DNA of 64,000 nucleotides from Nemertoderma westbladi (Eukaryota; Animalia; Xenacoelomorpha), in the NCBI GenBank assembly GCA_032718475.1, contig JAUCBJ010000606.1, forward strand, positions 1 through 64,000, read 5' to 3'. This document shows, one piece after another, positions 1 to 14,107 of this stretch; the first letter of the stretch is position 1; every line of letters starts with the position of its first letter. The notes beneath the pieces are model-generated. The model ran no database searches. It was not told the origin of the DNA and saw only the letters and a list, made by a program, of their open reading frames with translations. A program made the position numbers and the translations under genes.

Positions 1-397
1 CACCAAGGTAACTGGATTTTCTATTTAGCCTCAATCGGATCTGCTATGGACCTTATAGTTGTGTTGCGAAACCCCAAGTTTATATCTATTATAGTTTTCC
101 TACAAATAGAGTTATAAATATTGACTTGAAATACATAGACTTTTTTCTAAGTCCGTTGCCATGGAAACCAGATTTTTCCTGGATATGAGACCCATCCCAC
201 ACGACGCGCCTTGATGAGTTGTATATACATGCAAAATTTCAGGGTACTTTTAAAGGCTAGTTTTTTCCGGAATAAAAAAACACTAAATCTGCCCCATACA
301 AGTAAAATAGCCCACTATGAATAGACCATCTCAGCTAAGGAAAATCTTTCTTAGCGAAAGTAGTTGATTTTCCTTAGCTTCGTGGATGTAAATTTTA

Positions 398-1666
398 CGA
401 GAAAGGCATTTCCTAAAGGAAATGCAACCACGAAGCTAAGGAAAATTAAACAAACGGCCACACTTTGGTTCGTTGCTTAGCCTCGCTTAGTAGCAATTGT
501 CAATAATTAACTTCTATTCCCATGGAAACTAGAGTTCTCTGGAACTGTTGCTTTAACCTTTGAAAAAAAATTCAGTACAGATTGTGGTTCAGATAACACA
601 TATACTGAGTTTCCGAAAATATTGTAGTTTATGTCCAAATTACCGATTTTCTATAAAAATGCATCTGTTTGCAGTGGTTGTCATGGAAACTGAAAAATAG
701 AACAATGTAATTCGGATGCAGAATAAGTCATATAGTGGGGGTAGGGGTTAGTCCCAAGTCATAATACTATTAACTTGTGCTTTAAATTATCATTTTATAA
801 ATTTTAACATCTGTTTAGACTTGTTGCTATGGTAACTGTATTTTCTAATTAACCTCAAACGGCTTGTATATGGACCTTATAGATGAGTTGCAAAACCCCA
901 AGTTTAAATACAATACAGTTTTGCTACAAATAGAGTTATCAATATAGATTTGAATGATATAGAGTTTAATAAACTACAGTTACCGTGGTAACTAAATTTC
1001 TGGAATAATTTAAGTTTCACTAAAAGTTCCAACTAGTGGTCCAGATAACACACCCAGTTTTGTAAAATTTTATCGTGAAGTCTATGTCCAAATGATTAAG
1101 TTTTGAATAAAAACATCTGTTTTCAGCGGTTGTCATGGTAACTGAAAAATAGAACAATGTAATTCGGATGCAGAATAAGTTATATAGTGGGGGTAGGGGT
1201 TGGTCCCAAGTCATAACACCTTAACCTTCCTTAGGCTTCAAATTAACATTTTATAAATTTTAACATCTGTCTAGCCCGGTTGCCAAGGTAACTGGATTTT
1301 CTATTTAACCTCAATCGGCTCTGCTATGGACCTTATAGTTGTGTTGAGAAACCCCAAGTTTATATCTATTATAGTTTTCCTACAAATAGAGTTTTAAATA
1401 TTGACTTGAAATACATAGACTTTTTTCTAAGTCCGTTGCCATGGAAACCAGATTTTTCCTGGATATGAGACCCAGCCCAAAAGATGCGCCTCGACGAGTA
1501 GTATATACATGCAAAATTTCAGGGTACTTTTAAAGGCTAGTTTTTTCCCCGACCAAAAAAAACCAAATCTGCTCCATACAAGTAAAATAGCCCACTATGA
1601 ATAGACCATCTCAGCTAAGGAAAATCTTTCTTAGCGAAAGTAGTTGATTTTCCTTAGCTTCGTGGA
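398..1666 (-). mobile_element. Representative full-length element (1269 bp)
   Basis: Minus strand starts TCCACGAAGCTAAGGAAAATC with a 14-bp stem (AGCTAAGGAAAATC...GATTTTCCTTAGCT). It ends with the complementary 19-bp subterminal repeat, the hairpin GCATTTCC-TTTA-GGAAATGC and CTTTCTCG followed by T. The interior has about two ~454-bp diverged units, each made of ~150-bp subunits. Confidence 0.88.
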
Positions 1667-3090
1667 TATTTCAAAGCTTGGACAGACTACAGGCCACAAA
1701 GTGATGTATGTATTATTGTAAGATACGAGAAAGGCATTTCCTAAAGGAAATGCAACCACGAAGCTAAGGAAAATTAAACAAACGGCCACACTTTGGTTCG
1801 TTGCTTAGCCTCGTTTAGTAGCAATTGTCAATAATTAACTTCTATTCCAATGGAAACTAGAGTTCTCTGGAACTGTTGCTTTAACCTTTGAAAAAAATTC
1901 AGTACAGATTGTGGTTCAGATAACACATATACTGAGTTTCAGAAAATATTGTAGTTACCGATTTTCTATCAAAATGCATCTGTTTGCAGTGGTTGTCATG
2001 GAAACTGAAAAATAGAACAATGTAATTCGGATGCAGAATAAGTCATATAGTGGGGGTAGGGGTTAGTCCCAAGTCATAATACTATTAACTTGTGCTTCAA
2101 ATTATCATTTTATAAATTTAAACATCTGTTTAGACTTGTTGCTATGGTAACTGGATTTTCTAATTAACCTCAAACGGCTTGGATATGGATCTTATAGATG
2201 AGTTGCAAAACCCCAAGTTTATATATATTACAGTTTTGCTACAAATAGAGTTATCAATATAGACTTGAATGATATAGAGTTTAATAAACTACAGTTACCA
2301 TGGTAACTAAATTTCTGGAATAATTTAAGTTTCACTAAAAGTTCCAACTAGTGGTCCAGATAACACATACCCAGTTTTGTAAAATTTTATCGCGAAGTCT
2401 ATGTCCAAATGAATAATTTTTGTATAAAAACATCTGTTTTCAGCGGTTGTCATGGTAACTGAAAAATAGAACAATGTAATTCGGATGCAGAATAAGTTAT
2501 ATAGTGGGGGTGGGGGTTGGTCCCAAGTCATAACACCTTGCCCTTAGGCCTCAAATTAACATTTTATAAGTTTTAACATCTGTTTATCCCGGTTGCCAAG
2601 GTAACTGGATTTTCTATTTAACCTCAATTGGCTTTGCTATGGACCTTATAGTTGAGTTGAGAAACCCCAAGTTTATATCTATTATAGTTTTCCTACAAAT
2701 AGAGTTATAAATATTGACTTGAAATACATAGACTTTTTTCTAAGTCCGTTGCCATGGAAACCAGATTTTTCCTGGATATGAGACCCGGCCCAAAAGATGC
2801 GCCTCATCGAGTAGTATATACATGCAAAATTTCAGGGTACTTTTAAAGGCTAGTTTTTTCCGGAATCAAAAAAAAACTAATCTGCCCCATACAAGTAAAA
2901 TAGCCCACTATGAATAGACCATCTCAGCTAAGGAAAATCTTTCTTAGCGAAAGTAGTTGATTTTCCTTAGCTTCGTGGATTGTAGTTTATGTCCAAATTA
3001 CCGATTTTCTATCAAAATGCATCTGTTTGCAGTGGTTGTCATGGAAACTGAAAAATAGAACAATGTAATTCGGATGCAGAATAAGTCATA

Positions 3091-6000
3091 CGAGAAAGGC
3101 ATTTCCTAAAGGAAATGCAACCACGAAGCTAAGGAAAATTAAACAAACGGCCACACTTTGGTTCGTTGCTTGCTTAGCCTCGTTTAGTAGCAATTGTCAA
3201 TAATTAACTTCTATTCCCATGGAAACTAGAGTTCGCTGGAACTGTTGCTTTAACCTTTGAAAAAAAATTCAGTACAGATTGTGGTTCAGATAACACATGT
3301 ACTGAGTTTTAGAAAATATTGTAGTTTATGTCCAAATTACCGATTTTCTATCAAAATGCATCTGTTTGTAGTGGTTGTCATGGAAACTGAAAAATAGAAC
3401 AATGTAATTCGGATGCAGAATAAGTCATATAGTGGGGGTAGGTGTTGGTCCCAAGTCATAATACTATTAACTTGTGCTTCAAATTATCATTTTATAAATT
3501 TTAATATCTGTTTAGTCTTGTTGCTATGGTGACTGGAATTTCTAATTAACCTCGAACGGCTTGGATATGAACCTTATAGTTGAGTTGAGAAACCCCAAGT
3601 TTATATCTATTGCGGTTTTTCTACAAATAGAGTTATGAATATAGACTTGAATGATATAATCTGTAATAAACTCCAGTTACCACGGTAACTAGATATTTCT
3701 GGAATGTTTTGAGTTTCACTAAAAGTTCCAACTAGTGGTCCAGATAACACATACCCAGTTTTGTAAAATTTTATCGTGAAGTCTATGTCCAAATGAATAA
3801 GTTTTGAATAAAAACATCTGTTTTCAGCGGTTGTCATGGTAACTGAAAAATAGAACAATGTAATTCGGATGCAGAATAAGTTATATAGTGGGGGTAGGGG
3901 TTGGTCCCAAGTCATAACACCTTGCCCTTAGGCTTCAAATTAACATTTTATAAATTTTAACATCTGTTTATCCCGGTTGCCAAGGTAACTGGATTTTCTA
4001 TTTAGCCTCAATCGGATCTGCTATGGACCTTATAGTTGTGTTGCGAAACCCCAAGTTTATATCTATTATAGTTTTCCTACAAATAGAGTTATAAATATTG
4101 ACTTTCAATACATAGACTTTTTTTGAAGTCCGTTGCCATGGAAACCAGATTTTTCCTGGATATGAGACCCGGCCCAAAAGATGCGCCTCGTCGAGTAGTA
4201 TATACATGCAAAATTTCAGGGTACTTTTAAAGGCTAGTTTTTTCGCCTATCAAAAAACCCCAAATCTGCCTCACACAAGTAAAATAGCCCACTATGAATA
4301 GACCATCTCAGCTAAGGAAAATCTTTCTTAGCGAAAGTAGTTGATTTTCCTTAGCTTCGTGGATAATAGATTTAAACTTGGGGTTTTGCAACACAACTAT
4401 AAGGTCCATAGCAGATCCGATTGAGGCTAAATAGAAAATCCAGTTACGTTGGCAACCGGGATAAACAGATGTTAAAATTTACTAGAAAGGCATTTCCTAA
4501 AGGAAATGCAACCACGAAGCTAAGGAAAATTAAACAAACGGCCACACTTTGGTTCGTTGCTTAGCCTCGTTTAGTAGCATTTGCCAATAATTAACTTATA
4601 TTCCCATGGAAACTAGAGTTCTCTGGAACTGTTGGTTTTACCTTTGAAAAAAGATTCAGTAAAGATTGTGGTTCAGACAACACATACCAAGTTTCAGAAA
4701 ATATTGTAGTTTATGTCCAAATTACCGATTTTCTATTACGAGAAAGGCATTTCCTAAAGGAAATGCAACCACGAAGCTAAGGAAAATTAAACAAACTGCC
4801 ACACTTTGGTTCGTTGCTTAGCCTCGCTTAGTAGCAATTGTCAATAATTAACTTCTATTCCCATGGAAACTAGAGTTCTCTGGAACTGTTGCTTTAACCT
4901 TTGAAAAAAAATTCAGTACAGATTGTGGTTCAGATAACACATATACTGAGTTTCAGAAAATATTGTAGTTTATGTCCAGATTACCGATTTTCTATCAAAT
5001 TGCATCTGTTTGCAGTGGTTGTCATGGAAACTGAAAAATAGAACAATGTAATTCGGATGCAGAATAAGTCATATTGTGGGGGTAGGGGTTAGTCCCAAGT
5101 CATAATACTATTAACTTGTGCTTCAAATTATCATTTTATAAATTTTAACATCTGTTTAGACTTGTTGCTATGGTAACTGTATTTTCTAATTAACCTCAAA
5201 CGGCTTGGATATGGATCTTATAGATGAGTTGCAAAACCCCAAGTTTATATATATTACAGTTTTGCTACAAATAGAGTTATCAATATAGATTTGAATGATA
5301 TAGAGTTTAATAAACTACAGTTACCATGGTAACTAAATTTCTGGAATAATTTAAGTTTCACTAAAAGTTCCAACTCGTGGTCCAGATAACACATACCCAG
5401 TTTTGTAAAATTTTATCGTGAAGTCTATGTCCAAATGAATAAGTTTTGAATAAAAACATCTGTTTTCAGCGGTTGTCATGGTAACTGAAAAATAGAACAA
5501 TGTAATTCGGATGCAGAATAAGTTATATAGTGGGGGTAGGGGTTGGTCCCAAGTCATAACACCTTAACCTTAGGCTTCAAATTAACATTTTATAAATTTT
5601 AACATCTGTCTAGCCCGGTTGCCAAGGTAACTGGATTTTCTATTTAACCTCAATCGGCTCTGCTATGGACCTTATAGTTGTGTTGAGAAACCCCAAGTTT
5701 ATATCTATTATAGTTTTCCTACAAATAGAGTTTTAAATATTGACTTGAAATACATAGACTTTTTTCTAAGTCCGTTGCCATGGAAACCAGATTTTTCCTG
5801 GATATGAGACCCAGCCCAAAAGATGCGCCTCGACGAGTAGTATATACATGCAAAATTTCAGGGTACTTTTAAAGGCTAGTTTTTTCACCTATCAAAAAAA
5901 ACCAAATCTGCCTCACACAAGTAAAATAGCCCACTATGAATAGACCATCTCAGCTAAGGAAAATCTTTCTTAGCGAAAGTAGTTGATTTTCCTTAGCTTC

Positions 6001-8626
6001 GTGGAACTTCTATTCCCATGAAAACTAGAGTTCTCTGGAACTGTTGCTTTAACCTTTGAAAAAAAATTCAGTACAGATTGTGGTTCAGATAACACATATA
6101 CTGAGTTTCAGAAAATATTGTAGTTTATGTCCAAATTACCGATTTTCTATCAAAATGCATCTGTTTGCAGTGGTTGTCATGGAAACTGAAAAATAGAACA
6201 ATGTAATTCGGATGCAGAATAAGTCATATAGTGGGGGTAGGGGTTAGTCCCAAGTCATAATACTATTAACTTGTGCTTCAAATTATCATTTTATAAATTT
6301 TAACATCTGTTTAGACTTGTTGCTATGGTAACTGTATTTTCTAATTAACCTCAAACGGCTTGGATATGGATCTTATAGATGAGTTGCAAAACCCCAAGTT
6401 TATATATATTACAGTTTTGCTACAAATAGAGTTATCAATATAGATTTGAATGATATAGAGTTTAATAAACTACAGTTACCATGGTAACTAAATTTCTGGA
6501 ATAATTTAAGTTTCACTAAAAGTTCCAACTAGTGGTCCAGATAACACATACCCAGTTTTGTAAAATTTTATCATGAAGTCTATGTCCAAATGAATAAGTT
6601 TTGAATAAAAACATCTGTTTTCAGCGGTTGTCATGGAAACTGAAAAATAGAACAATGTAATTCGGATGCAGAATAAGTCATATTGTGGGGGTAGGGGTTA
6701 GTCCCAAGTCATAATACTATTAACTTGTGCTTCAAATTATCATTTTATAAATTTTAACATCTGTTTAGACTTGTTGCTATGGTAACTGTATTTTCTAATT
6801 AACCTCAAACGGCTTGGATATGGATCTTATAGATGAGTTGCAAAACCCCAAGTTTATATATATTACAGTTTTGCTACAAATAGAGTTATCAATATAGATT
6901 TGAATGATATAGAGTTTAATAAACTACAGTTACCATGGTAACTAAATTTCTGGAATAATTTAAGTTTCACTAAAAGTTCCAACTCGTGGTCCAGATAACA
7001 CATACCCAGTTTTGTAAAATTTTATCGTGAAGTCTATGTCCAAATGAATAAGTTTTGAATAAAAACATCTGTTTTCAGCGGTTGTCATGGTAACTGAAAA
7101 ATAGAACAATGTAATTCGGATGCAGAATAAGTTATATAGTGGGGGTAGGGGTTGGTCCCAAGTCATAACACCTTAACCTTAGGCTTCAAATTAACATTTT
7201 ATAAATTTTAACATCTGTCTAGCCCGGTTGCCAAGGTAACTGGATTTTCTATTTAACCTCAATCGGCTCTGCTATGGACCTTATAGTTGTGTTGAGAAAC
7301 CCCAAGTTTATATCTATTATAGTTTTCCTACAAATAGAGTTTTAAATATTGACTTGAAATACATAGACTTTTTTCTAAGTCCGTTGCCATGGAAACCAGA
7401 TTTTTCCTGGATATGAGACCCAGCCCAAAAGATGCGCCTCGACGAGTAGTATATACATGCAAAATTTCAGGGTACTTTTAAAGGCTAGTTTTTTCACCTA
7501 TCAAAAAAAACCAAATCTGCCTCACACAAGTAAAATAGCCCACTATGAATAGACCATCTCAGCTAAGGAAAATCTTTCTTAGCGAAAGTAGTTGATTTTC
7601 CTTAGCTTCGTGGAAAATGCAACTGTTTGCAGTGGTTGTCATGGAAACTGAAAAATAGAACAATGTAATTCGGATGCAGTCATATAATGGGGGTAGGTCT
7701 TGGTCCCAAGTCATAATACTATTAACTTGTGCTTCAATAATTATAATTTTATAAATTTTAACATCTGTTTAGTCTTGTTACTATGGTAACTGGATTGTGT
7801 AATTAACGTGGAACGGCTTGTATATGGATGGACCTTATAGATGTGTTGCAAAACCCCAAATTTATATATATTACATTATTTTGCTACAAATAGAGTATTG
7901 AATTTAGACTTGAATGATATAGACTTTAATAAACTCCAGTCACCATGGTAACTAGATATTTCTGGAATGTTTTCAGTTTCACCAAAATTCCCAACTAGTG
8001 GTCCAGATAACACATACCCAGTTTCATAAAATTTTATCATGAAGTCTATGTCCAAATGAGTAATTTTTGCATAAAAACATCTGTTTTCAGCGGTTGTCAT
8101 GGTAACTGCAAAATAGAACAATCAAATTCGGACGCAGAATAATTTATATAGTGGGGGTAGGGGTTGGTCCCAAGTAATAACACCTTAACCTTAGGCTTCA
8201 AATTAACATTTTATAAATTTTAACATCTGTTTAGCCTGGTTGCCAAGGTAACTGGATTTTCTATTTAACTTCAATCGGCTCTGCTATGGACCTTATAGTT
8301 GAGTTGAGAAACCCCAAGTTTATATCTATTATAGTTTTCCTACAAATAGAGTTATAAATATTGACTTGAAATACATAGACTTTTTTTGAAGTCCGTTGCC
8401 ATGGAAACCAGATTTTTCCTGGATATGAGACCCGGCCCAAAAGATGCGCCTCGTCGAGTAGTATATACATGCAAAATTTCAGGGTACTTTTAAAGGCTAG
8501 TTTTTTCACCTATCAAAAAAAACCAAATCTGCCTCACACAAGTAAAATAGCCCACTATGAATAGACCATCTCAGCTAAGGAAAATCTTTCTTAGCGAAAG
8601 TAGTTGATTTTCCTTAGCTTCGTGGA
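3091..8626 (-). mobile_element. 5.5-kb composite block of four elements inserted into a host copy
   Basis: Host reads ...AATAAGTCATA (3090) and resumes TAGTGGGGGTAGGGG (8627). The uninterrupted host is present at 22934-23974. Confidence 0.88.
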
Positions 8627-9556
8627 TAGTGGGGGTAGGGGTTAGTCCCAAGTCATAATACTATTAACTTGTGCTTTAAATTATCATTTTATAAATATTA
8701 ACATCTGTTTAGACTTGTTGCTATGGTAACTGTATTTTCTAATTAACCTCAAACGGCTTGTATATGGACCTTATAGATGAGTTGCAAAACCCCAAGTTTA
8801 AATACAATACAGTTTTGCTACAAATAGAGTTATCAATATAGATTTGAATGATATAGAGTTTAATAAACTACAGTTACCGTGGTAACTAAATTTCTGGAAT
8901 AATTTAAGTTTCACTAAAAGTTCCAACTAGTGGTCCAGATAACACACCCAGTTTTGTAAAATTTTATCGTGAAGTCTATGTCCAAATGATTAAGTTTTGA
9001 ATAAAAACATCTGTTTTCAGCGGTTGTCATGGTAACTGAAAAATAGAACAATGTAATTCGGATGCAGAATAAGTTATATAGTGGGGGTAGGGGTTGGTCC
9101 CAAGTCATAACACCTTAACCTTAGACTTCAAATTAACATTTTATAAATTTTAACATCTGTCTAGCCCGGTTGCCAAGGTAACTGGATTTTCTATTTAACC
9201 TCAATCGGCTCTGCTATGGACCTTATAGTTGTGTTGAGAAACCCCAAGTTTATATCTATTATAGTTTTCCTACAAATAGAGTTTTAAATATTGACTTGAA
9301 ATACATAGACTTTTTTCTAAGTCCGTTGCCATGGAAACCAGATTTTTCCTGGATATGAGACCCAGCCCAAAAGATGCGCCTCGACGAGTAGTATATACAT
9401 GCAAAATTTCAGGGTACTTTTAAAGGCTAGTTTTTTCACCGGTCAAAAAAAACCAAATCTGCTCCATACAAGTAAAATAGCCCACTATGAATAGACCATC
9501 TCAGCTAAGGAAAATCTTTCTTAGCGAAAGTAGTTGATTTTCCTTAGCTTCGTGGA

Positions 9557-9832
9557 CCCGACACACACACATACACACACACAGACTTTTGAAAAACGGC
9601 CATAGTATAATTATATCAGTTCGCTGATGGCTCGCCATTCGTGTCTCGCCCCACAACCATGGGAACATTCAAAAATAAGAGAGTTGCCAGATTTCAACAT
9701 CCGATTCAACATGTAGTAAGAATTAAGTACCAACATGGTGTCGGTATAAATCAGTCACACCCCCCCCCCCCCCCCCCAACCTCTAACCCTTATAATAATT
9801 ATTATATCCTACGTTGTGATGGAACCCAATTA
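9557..9832. repeat. 276-bp non-element spacer, copy 1 (CA-rich start, poly-C tract)
   Basis: Lies between a right end (9556) and a left end (9833). Appears identical to 23975-24250. Confidence 0.92.
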
Positions 9833-12800
9833 CGAGAAAGGCATTTCCTAAAGGAAATGCAACCACGAAGCTAAGGAAAATTAAACAAACGGCCACACTT
9901 TGGTTCGTTGCTTAGCCTCGTTTAGTAGCAATTGTCAATAATTAACTTCTATTCCCATGGAAACTAGAGTTCTCTGGAACTGTTGCTTTAACCTTTGAAA
10001 AAAAATTCAGTACAAATTGTGGTTCAGATAACACATATATATACTGAGTTTCAGAAAATATTGTAGTTTATGTCCAAATTACCGATTTTCTATCAAAATG
10101 CATCTGTTTGCAGTGGTTGTCATGGAAACTGAAAAATAGAACAATGTAATTCGGATGCAGAATAAGTCATATAGTGGGGGTAGGGGTTAGTCCCAAGTCA
10201 TAATACTATTAACTTGTGCTTCAAATTATCATGTTATAAATTTTAACATCTGTTTAGACTTGTTGCTATGGTAACTGTATTTTCTAATTAACCTCAAACG
10301 GCTTGGATATGGATCTTATAGATGAGTTGCAAAACCCCAAGTTTATATATATTACAGTTTTGCTACAAATAGAGTTATCAATATAGATTTGAATGATATA
10401 GAGTTTAATAAACTACAGTTACCATGGTAACTAAATTTCTGGAATAATTTAAGTTTCACTAAAAGTTCCAACTAGTGGTCCAGATAACACATTCCCAGTT
10501 TTGTAAAATTTTATCGTGAAGTCTATGTCCAAATGAATAAGTTTTGAATAAAAACATATGTTTTCAGCGGTTGTCATGGTAACTGAAAAATAGAACAATG
10601 TAATTCGGATGCAGAATAAGTTATATAGTGGGGGTAGGGGTTGGTCCCAAGTCATAACACCTTGCCCTTAGGCTTCAAATTAACATTTTATAAATTTTAA
10701 CATCTGTTTATCCCGGTTGCCAAGGTAACTGGATTTTCTATTTAGCCTCAATCGGATCTGCTATGGACCTTATAGTTGTGTTGCGAAACCCCAAGTTTAT
10801 ATCTATTATAGTTTTCCTACAAATAGAGTTATAAATATTGACTTGAAATACATAGACTTTTTTTGAAGTCCGTTGCCATGGAAACCAGATTTTTCCTGGA
10901 TATGAGACCCGGCCCAAAAGATGCGCCTCGTCGAGTAGTATATACATGCAAAATTTCAGGGTACTTTTAAAGGCTAGTTTTTTCGCCTATCAAAAAACCC
11001 CAAATCTGCCTCACACAAGTAAAATAGCCCACTATGAATAGACCATCTCAGCTAAGGAAAATCTTTCTTAGCGAAAGTAGTTGATTTTCCTTAGCTTCGT
11101 GGATACTAATTAGTAACTGAAATTCATTTAGAGTGACTTAATTCAAAATTGAATGCGGTTGTTGTGAGTTTTATTTTAGCCATGATCTTGGTCGTTAGAT
11201 TCCAATTTTCCAATTCTCATTATTTTGAAATGTATTTGATTTTTTCGAGCGAATCACTTTCCTAAACTTGCGAACTTTGTTCCTACTAGAAAGGCATTTC
11301 CTAAAGGAAATGCAACCACGAAGCTAAGGAAAATTAAACACACTTTGACTCATCACTTCATTGCTTTACAGAGTTAAGAGGCATATGCCTTAAAAACTCA
11401 TATTACAATGGCAACCGGAATTTTCTAGAACTGCTGAGGATTACATTAAGATCCGGTTTGTGGTTCCAGGTGACACATACTTCAATTCAGTTTCATTGAG
11501 TAGTTAATGTGTAAAACAAAGTATTTAATTGTTAAAACGTCTGTTTGTAGTGGTTGTCATGGAAATTAAATTGGATTAAATTGTAAATTGATTGTAAATT
11601 AAATTGGATGCGTAATTAGTGATATAGTGAGGGTAGGGATTGGTCCCAATTCGTAATACCTTAATGTTATGCTTCAAATAACCATTTTATAAATTTGAAC
11701 ATCTGTTTGGCATGGTTGCCCTGGTAACTGGATTTTCTAATTAACCTCAATCAGCTCGACTATTGTCCTTATCATTGAGTTGAGAAACCCCAAGTTTATA
11801 TCTATTGCGGTTATTCTATAAATAGAGTTATGAATATAGACTTGAATGATATAATCTGTAATAAACTCCAGTTACCACGGTAACTAGATATTTCTGGAAT
11901 GTTTTTTAGTTTCACTAAAAGTTCCAACTAGTGGTCTAGTTAACACATAACCAGTTTCGTAAAATTTTATAGCGAAGTCTATGTCCAAATTAGTAATTTT
12001 TGTATAAAAACATCTGTTTCAGCGGTTGTCATGGTAACTGCAAAATAGAACAATCAAATTCGGACGCAGAATAAGTTATATAGTGGGGGTAGGGGTTGGT
12101 CCCAAGTCATAACACCTTAACCTTAGGCTTCAAATTAACATTTTATAAATTTTAACATCTGTTTAGCCCGGTTGCCAAGGTAACTGGATTTTCTATTTAA
12201 CCTCAATCGGCTCTGCTATGGACCTTATAGTTGAGTTGAGAAACCCCAAGTATATATCTATTATAGTTTTCCTACAAATAGAGTTATAAATATTGACTTG
12301 AAATACATAGACTTTGTTCTAAGTCCGTTGCCATGGAAACCAGATTTTTCCTGGATATGAGACCCATCCCACACGACGCGCCTTGATGAGTAGTATATAC
12401 ATGCAAAATTTCAGGGTACTTTTAAAGGCTAGTTTTTTCCCCGACCAAAAAACACTAAATCTGCCTCACACAAGTAAAATAGCCCACTATGAATAGACCA
12501 TCTCAGCTAAGGAAAATCTTTCTTAGCGAAAGTAGTTGATTTTCCTTAGCTTCGTGGACACATCGAGTTTCAGAAAATATTGTAGTTTATGTCCAAATTA
12601 CAGATTTTCTATCAAAATGCATCTGTTTGCAGTGGTTGTCATGGAAACTGAAAAATAGAACAATGTAACTAGAAAAGCATTTCCTAAAGGAAATGCAACC
12701 ACGAAGCTAAGGAAAATTAAACAAAGGGCCACACTTTGGTTCGTTGCTTGCTTAGCCTCGTTTAGTAGCAATTGTCAATAATTAACTTCTATTCCCATGG

Positions 12801-14107
12801 AAACTAGAGTTCGATGGAACTGTTGCTTTAACCTTTGAAAAAAAATTCAGTACAGATTGTGGTTCAGATAACACATGTACTGAGTTTCAGAAAATATTGT
12901 AGTTTATGTCCAAATTACCGATTTTCTATCAAAATGCATCTGTTTGCAGTGGTTGTCATGGTAACTTAAAAATAGAACAATGTAATTTGGATGCAGAATA
13001 AGTCATATAGTGGGGGTAGGGGTTAGTCCCAAGTCATAATACTATTATCTTGTGCTTCAAATTATCATTTTATAAATTTTAACATCTGTTTAGTCTTGTT
13101 GCTATGGTAACTGTATTTTCTAATTAACCTCGAATGGATTGGATATGGATCTTATAGATGAGTTGCAAAACCCCAAGTTTATATATATTACAGTTTTGCT
13201 ACAAATAGAGTTATCAATATAGATTTGAATGATATAGAGTTTAATAAACTACAGTTACCATGGTAACTAAATTTCTGGAATAATTTAAGTTTCACTAAAA
13301 GTTCCAACTAGTGGTCCAGATAACACATACCCAGTTTTGTAAAATTTTATCGTGAAGTCTATGTCCAAATGAATAAGTTTTGAATAAAAACATCTGTTTC
13401 CAGCGGTTGTCATGGTAACTGAAAAATAGAACAATGTAATTCGGATGCAGAATAAGTTATATAGTGGGGGTAGGGGTTGGTCCCAAGTCATAACACCTTA
13501 ACCTTAGGCTTCAAATTAACATTTTATAAATTTTAACATCTGTTTAGCCCGGTTGCCAGGGTAACTGGATTTTCTATTTAACCTCAATCGGCTCTGCTAT
13601 GGACCTTATAGTTGTGTTGAGAAACCCCAAGTTTATATCTATTATAGTTCTCCTACAAATAGAGTTATAAATATTGACTTGAAATACATAGACTTTTTTC
13701 TAAGTCCGTTGCCATGGAAACCAGATTTTTCCTGAATATGAGACCCATCCCACACGACGCGCCTCGATGAGTAGTACATACATGCAAAATTTCAGGGTAC
13801 TTTTAAAGGCTAGTTTTTTCACCGGTCAAAAAAAACCAAATCTGCTCCATACAAGTAAAATAGCCCACTATGAATAGACCATCTCAGCTAAGGAAAATCT
13901 TTCTTAGCGAAAGTAGTTGATTTTCCTTAGCTTCGTGGAATACTAAAAGTATGCCATACAGGATGGTCTGCATCATATGCACGCACATGATAGAGTCAAG
14001 ATCCAACTTGTAGGAATACGGACTGACGACCTGCTAGGCCTACCTCGCTAGCACCCATCCGGTACATTGCAAAAATGAATAATTGAATCATTTTGTGTTT
14101 ATTATTA

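Noticed and set aside
9641-9874. 77-aa ORF (also 24059-24292)
   Set aside because: It starts at GTG, spans a poly-C tract and runs into the element terminus; no coding signature.
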